A stretch of DNA of 64,000 bases, from assembly GCF_036321535.1 (NCBI RefSeq), contig NC_087437.1, forward strand, positions 99,636,001 through 99,700,000. Direction: 5' to 3'. This document shows positions 53,321-64,000 of this stretch, one piece after another. The notes beneath the pieces are model-generated. The model searched no databases. It was not told the DNA's origin and worked only from the letters and a program-made list of their open reading frames with translations. How positions within the stretch are numbered: position 1 is the first letter of the stretch; every line of letters begins with the position of its first letter. Position numbers and translations under genes: made by a program. This stretch comes from Camelus dromedarius (taxonomy: Eukaryota).

Positions 53321-56028
53321 AATTATTCAACTTTTATCAATGTATGGCCGATCTGGTTTCATCTATACCCACCATTGAGTCATTTCTAACTTCCTGGATT
53401 ACTCTGAAGCAAGCTCATGTATCATATAATATGCTTACATCTACAAATATTTCACTACATATCTGTAAAAGTAGAGCACTGTTTTGTTAAAGCACAATGG
53501 GACTATTTCCCTACAAGTATTTACAGTAGTTCCCTAATATCATCAAATATCCCATAAGTGTACAAATTTTCCTGGTATCTCATGATTCTTGAAAAGTTAA
53601 TTTGTTTGAATGGGGGTGCAAACACGGGTCACACATAACATTTGGTTGACATACGTCTAAAGCCCCTTTCAATATGTAGGTTCCTCTTCTTTTAGTTCTT
53701 TGCAGCTTATTTGTTGATGAAACAGAGTCAGTTGCCCTTTAATGTCTTTCTCCTGCTGGATTTTGCTGATTGCATCCCTGAAGTATCATTAGTCTTGTTC
53801 TTCTCTACTTGTATGTCCTGTAAACTGAGACCTTCACATTCAGGTTCTCTTCCTTTTTTTGTTTTAGCAAGATTCATTCATGAATGGTACTGTATACATC
53901 CCAGCAGGAATCACACAGAAAGCTTGTCTTTATCTTGGCTAAGTGGGAGGAGGTTTTTGATTTTTATAATGATATAATTATGGTTGCATCATCCAGGAAT
54001 CAAATATTTCAGACTCACGTGTTAGAATTCAACACATGATTTAGAATTTAATGTTATATCGTTATTTCATGATATTTCAAAAAGAGCACCTTAATCTTCA
54101 GGGATTCCACCAAGGGAGCCAGTTTGCACCATTATCCTCGTAAATATCTAACTATGGATTATTCCACTCATAAGTCTGAAATTAGATTAAATTATGGAGA
54201 AATTCCAAAGGAAGTAGCCTTGAACAAACACAAGGTACATATGGAGACCTTCTTCAATCGAAAATAATCCAAAATAATCCTGATTCATTCTCAGAAAAGA
54301 GCGAGGAATTGCATTAGACCCAGACTTTTGTAGTGACCCTTAACTTTATAAAAACTTAGAGAGGACCAATATGGACTTATTTACAGGGGCAATTCAAAGC
54401 ATCAGCGTTGTCTTGTGGTGAGTTGTATGAACCATTCCATCCAAAAAGATGATGTGACTTTGTCACTCCCCTGGGATGCAGAGTTGAGATAAAAATGTAA
54501 AGACATGATATGAAATGTCAAATGTCTCTTAAAAATAGAAGTATGTGTGTATTCTTGGGAATGGAATAAAAGCATGTGATTGTGTATGAATTTTCAGAAA
54601 CTTAACGGCTTTTTAAATAGCCATCTCTCTGGTTACCTTTCTGAGTCCTCTTATTAAAAAAACTGGAAAATCAGAGGAGGGTTAATTCATAGCTCATTAT
54701 TGACTGCACTTTAATCTCATATCATTTGCTGGATGTGAACGGGATATATTTTTTCATTATTTATTTATTGGGGACAAATTATAGCTAGTTTTCCATTTTT
54801 GTAGGTGCTTTGAGTTCAAAGTTATGGTATCATACATAAAATACTAAGATTAATCAACAATGCGTTGCTAAAATTAGACCCATGTTCTATTTTGAAACTG
54901 GGAGAACATCTTACTTAGATTCTGAGAACTATTACCTTAATGAGTACTCTTCAAGTTCTAAGGTTCCCTGAATCTATTTTAATTCCATTTCAACAATGGA
55001 GAGGTTTTTCCAGGAAGTTACATAAATCTACAAAATGAAATGTGGAAGTCCATGAACTACTTCTGATACTTCAATCCTTCCTACTGCTTTTGCTCCCAAA
55101 GTAAGAATCTCGGCATGTAGCTTTGTTGTATCATCATTATCAATTTTAAAAGAATTTTCTGTTTTAATTAAGCTTCTTAACCTAATATGTAATTTTACAA
55201 TTATTATTTCATATAAAATCTTAACTTGTCACAGTTAGGAACCTGCAACAGGCTGAGCCTTTGGAACAAAATTTGAAAATAGGTAAGGATAGCTCGAAGC
55301 AACCCCAAACTTACAATGTCTACACAACAGCAGTGATGAGATATTGTGGGCAGAGTTGGACCAGGGATTATTACACTTCTCATGTGGTGGGATTTGTATT
55401 ATTTTATTTCATATTTCATAACATATGAGATCCATGAAATTAACTCCCTTAAGTAAGGTGCTTTTGTGTTGCTTGTTCTGACAGTGCTGTGCACTAATTA
55501 GAATATTAACAGAAAAGTGCTAAATGTAATGTTCCTTATACCAAGGAACAGGTTAGTTTTTATATGTTTAATAAAACCCATACTCTGGGTGTTTTACTCA
55601 GGAACCTAAAATTCGGTTGAGTATAAAAAATCGCAATTACTCAGGAAGCCTCAGAAGCTATATTTCATGAGCTGTTGATGTGACATTTATTGGTATATTA
55701 TAATGTGAAAAGAAGTTTCATGAAATACAAGTAAATATACTTGGCATTAAATTAAATTGTTGTTAAGTGTGTAGTTTATGTTCTTGTGTGACAATTTTAG
55801 ATTTTGTTTATATCCACTTATGATGCATTTGAAAAAGCTTTTCTGGAGTCTGATTGATTTGTAACCAAATACCAATTTTTATAGTACATCATTACAATTC
55901 TGTATTAGTGATAGCACAGTTTGTCAGAGAAGATATGCTTTCTATTGACATTGGAATGTAAGTATTTCTTAATTTACCCTGATAATGACAAAAACTTATA
56001 TGGGAAAATTTGAGCCAGCGCTATATAA

Positions 56029-56577
56029 TTTTTTTTAATTGAAGTATAGTCAGTTTACAATGTTGCATCAATTTCTGGTGTATAAGATAATGTTTCAGTC
56101 ATACATACACATACATGTATTTGTTTTCATATTTTTTTTCATTGTAGGTTACTGCAAGATACTGAATATAGCTCCCTGTGCTACACTGTAGAAACTTGTT
56201 TATTTTATATATAGTAGTTAGTATCAGCAAATATCAGACTCCCAATTTATCTCTTCCCACCATCTCTCCCCCTGGTCACCAAAAGTTTGTTTTCTATGTC
56301 TGTGAGTCTGCTTCTGTTTTGTAAATAAGTTCATTTTTGTCTTTTTGCTTGAGATTCCACATATAAGTGATATCATATGGTATTTTTCTTTCTCTTTCTG
56401 GCTTCCTTCACCTAGAATGATGATCTACAGGTCCATCCATGTTGCTGAAAATGGCATTATTTTATTCTTTTTTATGACTGAGTAGTATTCCATTGTATAA
56501 ATATAGCACAGCATCTTTATCCAGTCATCTGTCGATGGACATTTAGGTTGTTTCCATGTCTAGGCTATTATAAATAG
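56029..56577 (-). mobile_element. Young L1 3' end
   Basis: Same 3'-end sequence. ORF2-end motifs CCAGTCATCTGTCGATGGACATTTAGGTTG. Degenerate TSD CAGCGCTATATAAT (56016) / CAGCACTGTATAAAT (56578). Confidence 0.9.
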
Positions 56578-56744
56578 CAGCACTGTATAAATTTAAGTGT
56601 GATTTCTTAGAACACTCCCTTTTTTCCTGATATTTTTAAACAAAACAAAATTAATAGATTTTGTAAGAGTCAAATTGAAGAACTTGACCTATTAAATATA
56701 TAAGCTTGGTTTTATTAGTTGTCATTTTGAAGAAATACAGACCA

Positions 56745-56960
56745 TAAAATAGCAGAATCTTCAAGCCTGAAGATATCTTAAAAATCACCCACCCACTGTT
56801 CTGAGGCCAGAATCCCTTAACAACATATTTGGATTATAAGCACTCTGCACTAGTAGTTAACATATTCAAAGGTAGAGAGGTTACTACTTTCATAAGCAGC
56901 TAATGATGTCTTTGGGTAGGTCTAATTTTCAGAAAGTTCTTTCCTACATTGAATCAATTT
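56745..56960. mobile_element. Ancient CR1/L3 fragment
   Basis: Degenerate L3-like motifs ending GTCTAATTTTCAGAAAGTTCTTTCCTACATTGAA. Confidence 0.45.
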
Positions 56961-57169
56961 TTTTTTCCTCTAACAATACCAAATATGTGGACATGATAAT
57001 ACTTTGAATATTTAGGGTCATTTTTTTCATGCCCTTCTTTCCCACATATTTTTAATATGCTATGATACATTTTCAGGGATCTCTAAAATTATTGTATTAT
57101 TATTATTATTATATGCCTACACAGAGTTAAGGATATAGTCTTCCATATTATCAAGGCTGCCCAAGATTT

Positions 57170-57690
57170 TATAGCCTAACTACAAGGAATTAGGGTCCAA
57201 CTACAAAGTTAAAAGGGAAGAGTCCACAGAAGACCACTCTTACTTCTGAAAGTTGAGTTTCTCGGATCCACTTCCAGGTTTGTTAATTCACCAGGGCAGC
57301 TCACAAAACTAACTGAAATCTACTGTACTTACAGTTTCAGATTTATAGGGACATGATACTGAAAATCAGCCAAAAGAAGAGACACAGTGCAGAGCCTGGG
57401 AGGGTTCCAAGTGGAAGCTTCTATTGTCCTCAGTATGTGAATTCCCCTTCTAAGTACTGATGTGTGACAATACACATGGTGTATTGCCAACAGAAGAAGC
57501 TCACGTGAGCTTCAGCGTAGTTTTTATTGGTGCTTTATTCCATAGGCATGATCCGTTGTTCAAAGGGCCCACCATGAATAATAGACTCTCTTATCACTTG
57601 GGAGATTCCAAGGGTTCATAAGTTACCTCCTAGGAGCCAAGTGCAAAGGCTGGACCTCTCTTTGGGTAAGGCCAAGTTCCTTACCATGTT
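57170..57690. mobile_element. MER21-like LTR
   Basis: AATCAGCCAAAAGAAGAGACACA...GTGTGACAATACACATGGTGTATTGCCAAC...GGGAGATTCCAAGGGTT...GACCTCTCTTTGGGTAAGG. Confidence 0.75.
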
Positions 57691-58869
57691 GTATGATATA
57701 CTGTTTTCTTGGAGAAAAATCTTCAATTCCTTAATATTATATAAAATACAGTTTTAGGAGCTCAACTTATCTCAGTTGCATTTCTCTAGAAAATCCCTAA
57801 TATGTTAATTTCTTTGGGGTCCTGGAAACTTTGAGTAACCTTGGTAACAAAATATATACCTCATATCACTTGTCTACAAAAGCCATCTCTATGTTGAAGT
57901 GTTTGATCCCTACTGTAAAGTGGGAAATAATACTTTGGACTTGGAAGGTGGGCAGACAAAGAGAATTCTGATATCCAATAGCCATTAGATCTTGTAAAAG
58001 TTTCATATTCTTTCTGAGCTCCCACTCTCTCATAGATACAGAGTTAATAATAACAGTCATATATCACCGGGACTAAAGAAGATCACATGTAAAATCTTTA
58101 ATGTATCATAGGAGCTTAATAACTATTCTCTTCTGGAAAAGATACTGCTTGGTGTGACTTTGTGTTTGAGAGGTATCTGATACAATGTTTGCCTACCAAG
58201 TGTTCTATACCAGATGTATGCATACATTATTAAAACAAAACAGAATTCATTCACTTCATCAAATATTTATCTAAGTCCAACTGAGAAGTGTAAAGCTGTA
58301 TGCTAGTGACTGAGAGAGAAAAAGGCTAGTTTCTGTCTTCCTGGAGAGAGAACGTTTTCATACATATATTTGACATAAGTAGACCGGAATAGGCGTAGAA
58401 TTAAGCAGCCTATCTGGTGCATAATGGAAGTGCAAGGGAGAAGGAAATTTGGGGTTACTGGAGAATGCTTCTCTAAGAAGCTGATACGTTGTGGAAGACC
58501 CAGGATTTTAGGAGGGCTCTGACAGCACTTTCAAGAATAGTGAATACCATTTTTCAGAATTTCTGAATGAATTTACTGGGTAGAAAAGTGAATTTTGCAG
58601 CAAGATGGAAATAAATTTATCATGAATATAGAAACAAAATATGAATAAAATGATCTTATATCAGAAATGAGCTCTCTAAAATAAGTGGCAAAGTTAAAAA
58701 AAAACTGAGATGAAAGCTTAAACTTTATATTTAAAATATCTTGTTTATCTTATTGTAATGTAAAGAGATTGCTTGTGTGCTTTGTCCTTTAAAAACTCAG
58801 GACACTTTGCCCAATTTCTGAAATGTAATAAGGCAAGCAGTTCATTTGAGAACTGTGAGTTAACCATCA

Positions 58870-59330
58870 TCAAACAGTTCATTCAGCAAATATTCCCTGG
58901 ATGTATTCTGTGTGCCAGGCACTGTTCCAGGCTCCGTGGGAAACTGACAGTAAACAAGTAAGTAAATACGCAAAATGTCAGAGGGTGTTAGTACCATTAC
59001 GAAAATCAAAGCTGTCTAATGGGTGATAGAGAGTGTTGGAGGAGAGTAGAATTTGTTCTTTCATAGAAATATGTCAGGAAGGACCTCGTGACAGGCATCT
59101 TAGCAGAGACAGTTCTGACTGTCGGAGCAAGTCCGAGAGATCTCCGGGGGTGAGGGTTCCAGGCAGACTAAACAGCAAGAGCCAGATTCCCCAAGTCAGA
59201 GCATGCATGGGCCTTTCCCAGGAACAGCAAAGACTCCGGGAGACTGAGGGAGGGAGAAAGCAGCGGAGGTTACTACACTGGGCTCTGTAGGCCACTGCAA
59301 AGATTCTGGATTTCATTACAAGTGCTGTCT
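58870..59330 (-). mobile_element. L2 3' fragment
   Basis: TTCATTCAGCAAATATT...TGTGTGCCAGGCACTGTTCCAGG...TTCCAGGCAGA..AACAGCAAG. Confidence 0.8.
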
Positions 59331-59391
59331 CCATAACCCACGCCTACCTCTTAAACGTTGTCTTCACATCTTGTCTTTTCGTTCCCTACAC

Positions 59392-60372
59392 CTGTGCTGC
59401 CCAGTATGGTGTGGCTACTGAGAACTTGGACTGTGGCTAGTTCAAATGGACAGTATGGAAAAAAATTAAAATATCTCACTAATTTTTATATTGTTTAATA
59501 TGTTGAAATGAACTTATGGATATATTGGGTTAAATAAAGTTTTTTTAAAAAACTCAACCTACTTCTTTTCTTTTAATTAACATCTTTGTTTTGAGAGAGA
59601 TTTCCGTGCAATTGTAAGAAACAATACAGAGAGATCTTATCCTCCCTTTACCCACTTTTGCCCAATGGTAACATCTTGCATACCTACTATCACCGTATTA
59701 CTGCCAGGATACTGACAGTGATACATCTTATTCAGGTTTGCCTAGTTTTAATTGTATTCGTGTGTGTGTGTGTGTTTAGTTCTGTGCAATTTTACAACAT
59801 TTGTAAATACATGTTTCTACCACCACACCAAGACTCAGGACAGTTCCTTCATCATGAAGATCCATCTTGTACCTTTATAACCACATCTACCCCATTCCTG
59901 TGCTTCATCCCTTCCTCTGTCCCTAACCTCTAGCAACCACTAGTTTTATGTAATTTTGTCATGTCAAGAATGTTAAGTAAATGGAATCATATAGGACATA
60001 TCCTTGGGACTTGGCTTTTTCATCTTAGAATAATTCTCTGAAGGTTGATTCAAGTTGTACGTACAGCAATAGTTCATTCCGAGTAACATTCCACACTAAA
60101 TCCTCACCCACTGGTTATTGGTTCTAGTTTTTGCTATAATGAATAAAGTCCCCATAAACATTTCTGTGCATGTTGTTAACATACATTTTAATTTATCTGG
60201 GGTAAGTGCTTGAGTCCATCGGCCATATTGTATTTGCATATTAAGTATTATAAGAAACTGTCAAGACATTTTTCCGGAGTACTGTACCCACCTCTTTTTA
60301 CTTTTTGTTAACATGGCTACTAGAAAATTATAGTGACATATGTGGCTCACATTTCTATTGGTCTGTTCTAGT
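59392..60372. mobile_element. MER33-like hAT-Charlie element split by L1 (pieces about 59392-59560 and 60290-60372)
   Basis: GTGGCTACTGAGAACTTGGACTGTGGCTAGT...GGATATATTGGGTTAAATAAA, resuming after the L1 with TGGCTACTAGAAAATT...ATGTGGCTCACATTTCTATTGG. Confidence 0.7.
59570..60290 (-). mobile_element. L1MC-type 3' fragment inserted into MER33
   Basis: TGTAAGAAACAATACAGAGAGATC...CCCAATGGTAACATCTTGCA...AATGGAATCATATAG. Confidence 0.75.
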
Positions 60373-60439
60373 GCATCCTGTGTGCCTTCTTTCCATCTGG
60401 AGTGTGTTTTCATTATCCCTCACAAATGCACATGAACTT

Positions 60440-60893
60440 CTATGGCACAATGGCTAAGAGCAGAATCTAAACCCAGATGGCCTGGGCTGCATCTTGGGTC
60501 TAGCCTTTACAGACTCTGTGATTTGTTAAGATATTTAGTGCTTTTTTTCCCTCTGTTTATGTGTGAATGGGATGATTGTAGCAATGCTGACCTCATTGGA
60601 TTGGTGCAAAGATTGAGTGCATTAGCACATGTGAAGTTATTTCCTGATGACACCATTTGACCCCTGGCCAAGAGCAGATTTCAGTCCTCATATAGACTTC
60701 CACTGCAGTCAACACGCTCACTAAAATCATAATTATAGGATTATTTCATATCTTTCTCCACTAATATATGGGCAGTGACCTCATCTACCTGATTCAGTGT
60801 TATATCCTCAGTGCTACACAGAACTGGCCAAAAGAAGGCAGTTAATATATCATTGTTGAATAAATGAATGAATGAATGAGTGAATGAATGAAT
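60440..60893 (+). mobile_element. MIR (about 60440-60650) and L2 3' end with (TGAA)n tail (about 60700-60893)
   Basis: TATGGCACAATGGCTAAGAGCA MIR head; TTGTTGAATAAATGAATGAATGAATG L2 tail. Confidence 0.7.
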
Positions 60894-62055
60894 GGCCTTC
60901 AATGTAAGCATTTACTCACGATTTACTTAAAATAATATTTTAATTTCTTCTTCCTTAATTTCTAAAAGTCAGGTATTATTCATGTTTCTCTGATTCAGAA
61001 AACTGGGTCTCTATCTTAAATTATGTGAATAGTTTTTTACATGTGGGTCCCATGTATTGTGGAATAAAAAAATGTTCTGGAGTAGTGATAGAATTCAATG
61101 GTGAAAAGTATTAACACTCATATATATAATACTCTTTGATTGGTAGTTTTGGTTCAATTGCTCAGTTTAAGTAATCATTCTTTTGTTGCTCTGGGATTCC
61201 CTGAAGGTTGATGGAATTTATGTTACTTAACTGCTTTCCTTGAGTTTATAGGCCTTATGAAGACTGATCCCGCAAAGCATCAGTAGGTGACAGTAAGATT
61301 GAACTTTGTGCTTCTGCAGATAACTACCTCAGTATTTCAATTATTTAAGGCCTTAAATAGGTAAGTTCTATGACATTCTAGGGAAGTCAGAGAAAACCAT
61401 GACTTGACATAGATAATTTTAATTTACCTGCTCTTTGTTTAAAACCCAAACCATGTACCAACTTCCAAGAGCACATGCCTTTTTCATTCACACACACACA
61501 CACACAGAGTCACACAAACACATTTTTGTTGGTGACCCACCTTTATCTTTTTACCTACTAAGGGAGGTTGCCGTAGTAGAAAGAGCACTGACTTACGGTT
61601 ATTTTGATCTAAGGTGAGCAAGGCCCTTGCTATAACTCCATGGTCTTAGACCAGTTAACATGTTTCATCCTTCATTTCATTTGCAAAGTAATGGACGTGA
61701 CAATAAGATCTACCAAGTGGAATTGTAGTGGTAACTAAATACGAGAGTCCATCTATAGATCCCTAACATAAAAAAACAAACTCTCCATATTTGGATGTAG
61801 CAGGTCATGTGCTGAGTTCCATGGACATATACATAGACATACATTTTCTCCAGTTTTACCATCCGCCCTCAAGGGCAGCTATCATTAGACCAGTGTTATA
61901 CCTTAGCATGCTGAGTATCAGAAATGCACTTTAACTTCCCATGGTTTCATGACAAGGCTTTGCCATAAAATTATGACCCTCAACTCTATAATCAGTAGAA
62001 GAACAAAATGATCCTCTTTCCATTTAAATAGCTGAGCTCAAATTGGTGCTGAAGT

Positions 62056-62215
62056 GGGGAGGGTATAGCTCAATGGTAGAGTGTGTGTCTAGCATGTATG
62101 AGGTCTTGGGTTCATTCCCCAGTACCTCCATTCAAGATAAATAAATTTTTAAAAAACCTAATTACCTCCCACCCAAACTAAAATAAATAAATGAATAAAG
62201 AAATAAATAAATTTT
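62056..62215 (+). mobile_element. tRNA-derived SINE, camelid Vic-1-like
   Basis: Head GGGGAGGGTATAGCTCAATGGTAGAG with A box 62066-62076 and B box GGTTCATTCCC 62109-62119. Followed by AAACCTAATTACCTCCC and an (AAAT)n tail. Confidence 0.8.
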
Positions 62216-62399
62216 AAAAAATCTTTAAAACTTTGTATTAAAGCATATCCAGGTGTAAAAGATCATGATGATACTTATTTCCTGGTTTAATGATTTTTAA
62301 TACTGAGTGGATTCAAATGATACAAAATAAGATAAAATGTGATAGTATTTATTGAGTATTTACTTTGCGATCAGAACTACATTAAATAATTTACCAGAT

Positions 62400-62620
62400 T
62401 ATTATTTACTGAGATATAATTGACAAATAATATTGTATAAGTTTAAGGTATACAGCATGTTGATACCATACATTTCTGTATTGCAATATGATTTCCACCA
62501 TAACATTAGCTAACACCTTCAATGTGTCCCATAACTTGCATTTCTTTTTTTTTTTTTTTTGTCTTGAGAAACGTAAGATCTAGTCTGTTAGCCTTGAAGT
62601 ATATAGTATAGTATTGTCAC
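62400..62620 (-). mobile_element. Short L1MA-type 3' end inside a MIR (MIR pieces about 62340-62400 and 62625-62790)
   Basis: GAGATATAATTGACAAATAATATTGTATAAGTTTAAGGTATACAGCATG. Flanking MIR motifs TTTATTGAGTATTTACT and ATTATCATTCCTATTTTACA. Confidence 0.7.
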
Positions 62621-64000
62621 AATAACAACACAGGTAATTACTATTATCATTCCTATTTTACACTTAAGGGCACAGGCTAAGAGAGATTAAATTAGTGGTT
62701 CAAGGTCAGAGTGCTAGTAATTATTAAAGCTAGAATATGATTCTGTGTAATATGAGGGTTCAAGCCTTCACCAGTGATGCATGTTGCCTCTTAGTTCAAT
62801 AATTTAAGTTGGTCATTTGGGTTAATCATGGAGAAGCTGATGTGCCCCGTGTTTTCATTTGCCATATATTTTTCAACATTTTTTATTCATATAGGGTCTG
62901 GTAAAATAAAATCAGGTTCTCTCCTATGCCATTACATTTATCGTGTTCCCATGGCCTTTATAAATAAAATAAACAATAATAACAACAAACCTTTGTCCAA
63001 AGTGACCTAAAATTCTAGCTCCTACTCCCATTTCCTTAGTGCAGCCCAAAGCCTTTGACGTCATAAATACCTGTATGCCAATAATATTGAATTTTCATCA
63101 TCAGGTAACTCCAGGGTCACAGATAAGAAAGCATAACATTATATTTTTTTACAGTCACTCCTTTTACCATATTTTAATAGATCTATAGTTACCCTCTAAA
63201 ATAACAATATTAAATGGATTATTTTCTCTTATTATAATACTCACTCCTTACTTAAAGATGACAGTTTCTTTGAACATCCATTTCCATAATGCACAGGAGT
63301 CTATGTTTGGAATTTGTTCACTTTCTCTCTACTGTACATCTGTTCCACACACCTATTGTTATGTGAAAACTGTTGCCTATAGGATCACTTTGCCTCTGTT
63401 GCTGTTTTATTATTGCTATTCTCTGTCATTGGAATGCTCCTATTGTGGAGCCAGGAAAACTTTCAACCTGGAGAACATTTGCTTCAAATAGTACAGAGAT
63501 ATTTATTTGTGTTTTTACTTATTTATTTATTTCCCTAAAATATCAACTTTGGTTAATAATTATATACAGGCTTTGTTCTCCTTATCTGGATGTCAACAGT
63601 AATTGGAATCCATATCCATATCCTACCTTGCAATCATGCTGCAAAAGGCTAATAAATTCCCGCTGAGTGTGTTACTTGTTAAATTTAGTGCATTACATTC
63701 AGAGTAATGAATAAAACCAGTGGGCCGTTACCGTCTGGCTGGCTGAGGAAGGCTCTCGAACAGCCAGACTCCCCCGAGGCCTTGAGCCGGCTTAAAACGG
63801 TGACAGGCGGAATCAAGGGAGTCCCTGAGCGTCACCGTTCGGTTTGTCTCCTTTAATTTCCTCTTCTGTGGAGACTCAGAAGGCTGTGGCGAGGTGAGGT
63901 CATCCTGATCATTAATTCACCACACTTTCATAAAACGCTGCATGCTCGGGTTTCATTGACAAGCAAATAACGGTTTCGATAAATAGTTAGGTATTCGTGT

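Larger units (their letters stand above)
1..64000 (+). ncRNA. MIR99AHG: Part of the miR-99a/let-7c/miR-125b-2 host lncRNA locus (mostly intronic; boundaries not determinable here, and the 3' end of the window may lie beyond the gene)
   Basis: Inferred from the established location of miR-125b-2 in MIR99AHG in mammals. Consistent with + strand splice signals near the miRNA, no recognisable coding exons, and mostly antisense L1/LTR copies. Confidence 0.7.

Noticed and set aside
62056..62130. tRNA gene
   Set aside because: The tRNA-like head runs into a SINE body and A-rich tail, and the cloverleaf is degenerate.
237..63666. All other ORF-track entries (60-102 aa)
   Set aside because: Lengths are typical of chance, many lie in TEs or simple repeats, and none resembles a protein I recognise.

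Overview
AT-rich, CpG-depleted mammalian genomic DNA with no supportable known protein-coding gene. The one firm landmark is an exact miR-125b-2 hairpin (30725-30813, +). This places the window in the 3' part of the MIR99AHG (LINC00478; miR-99a/let-7c/miR-125b-2) host lncRNA locus. I did not see miR-99a or let-7c in the window. A Vic-1-like tRNA-derived SINE, and no Alu, B1, Bov-tA, PRE-1 or Can-SINE seen by eye, point to a camelid. Just upstream of the miRNA (about 26.5-29.9 kb) is a repeat-poor block with a CpG- and G-rich promoter-like island, several good splice signals and a Kozak-flanked short ORF. The rest is intron-like sequence with MIR, L2, CR1, L1, LTR and DNA-transposon relics, microsatellites and a few enhancer-like patches. 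I see no convincing new biological system. The best leads are an internal miR-125b-2 promoter with a possible spliced micropeptide, a MER41-like solo LTR with a clustered immune-TF motif, a 150-bp AT-rich quasi-palindrome and a twin-primed L1. Repeat families and most repeat boundaries were assigned by eye from remembered consensus sequences and are approximate.
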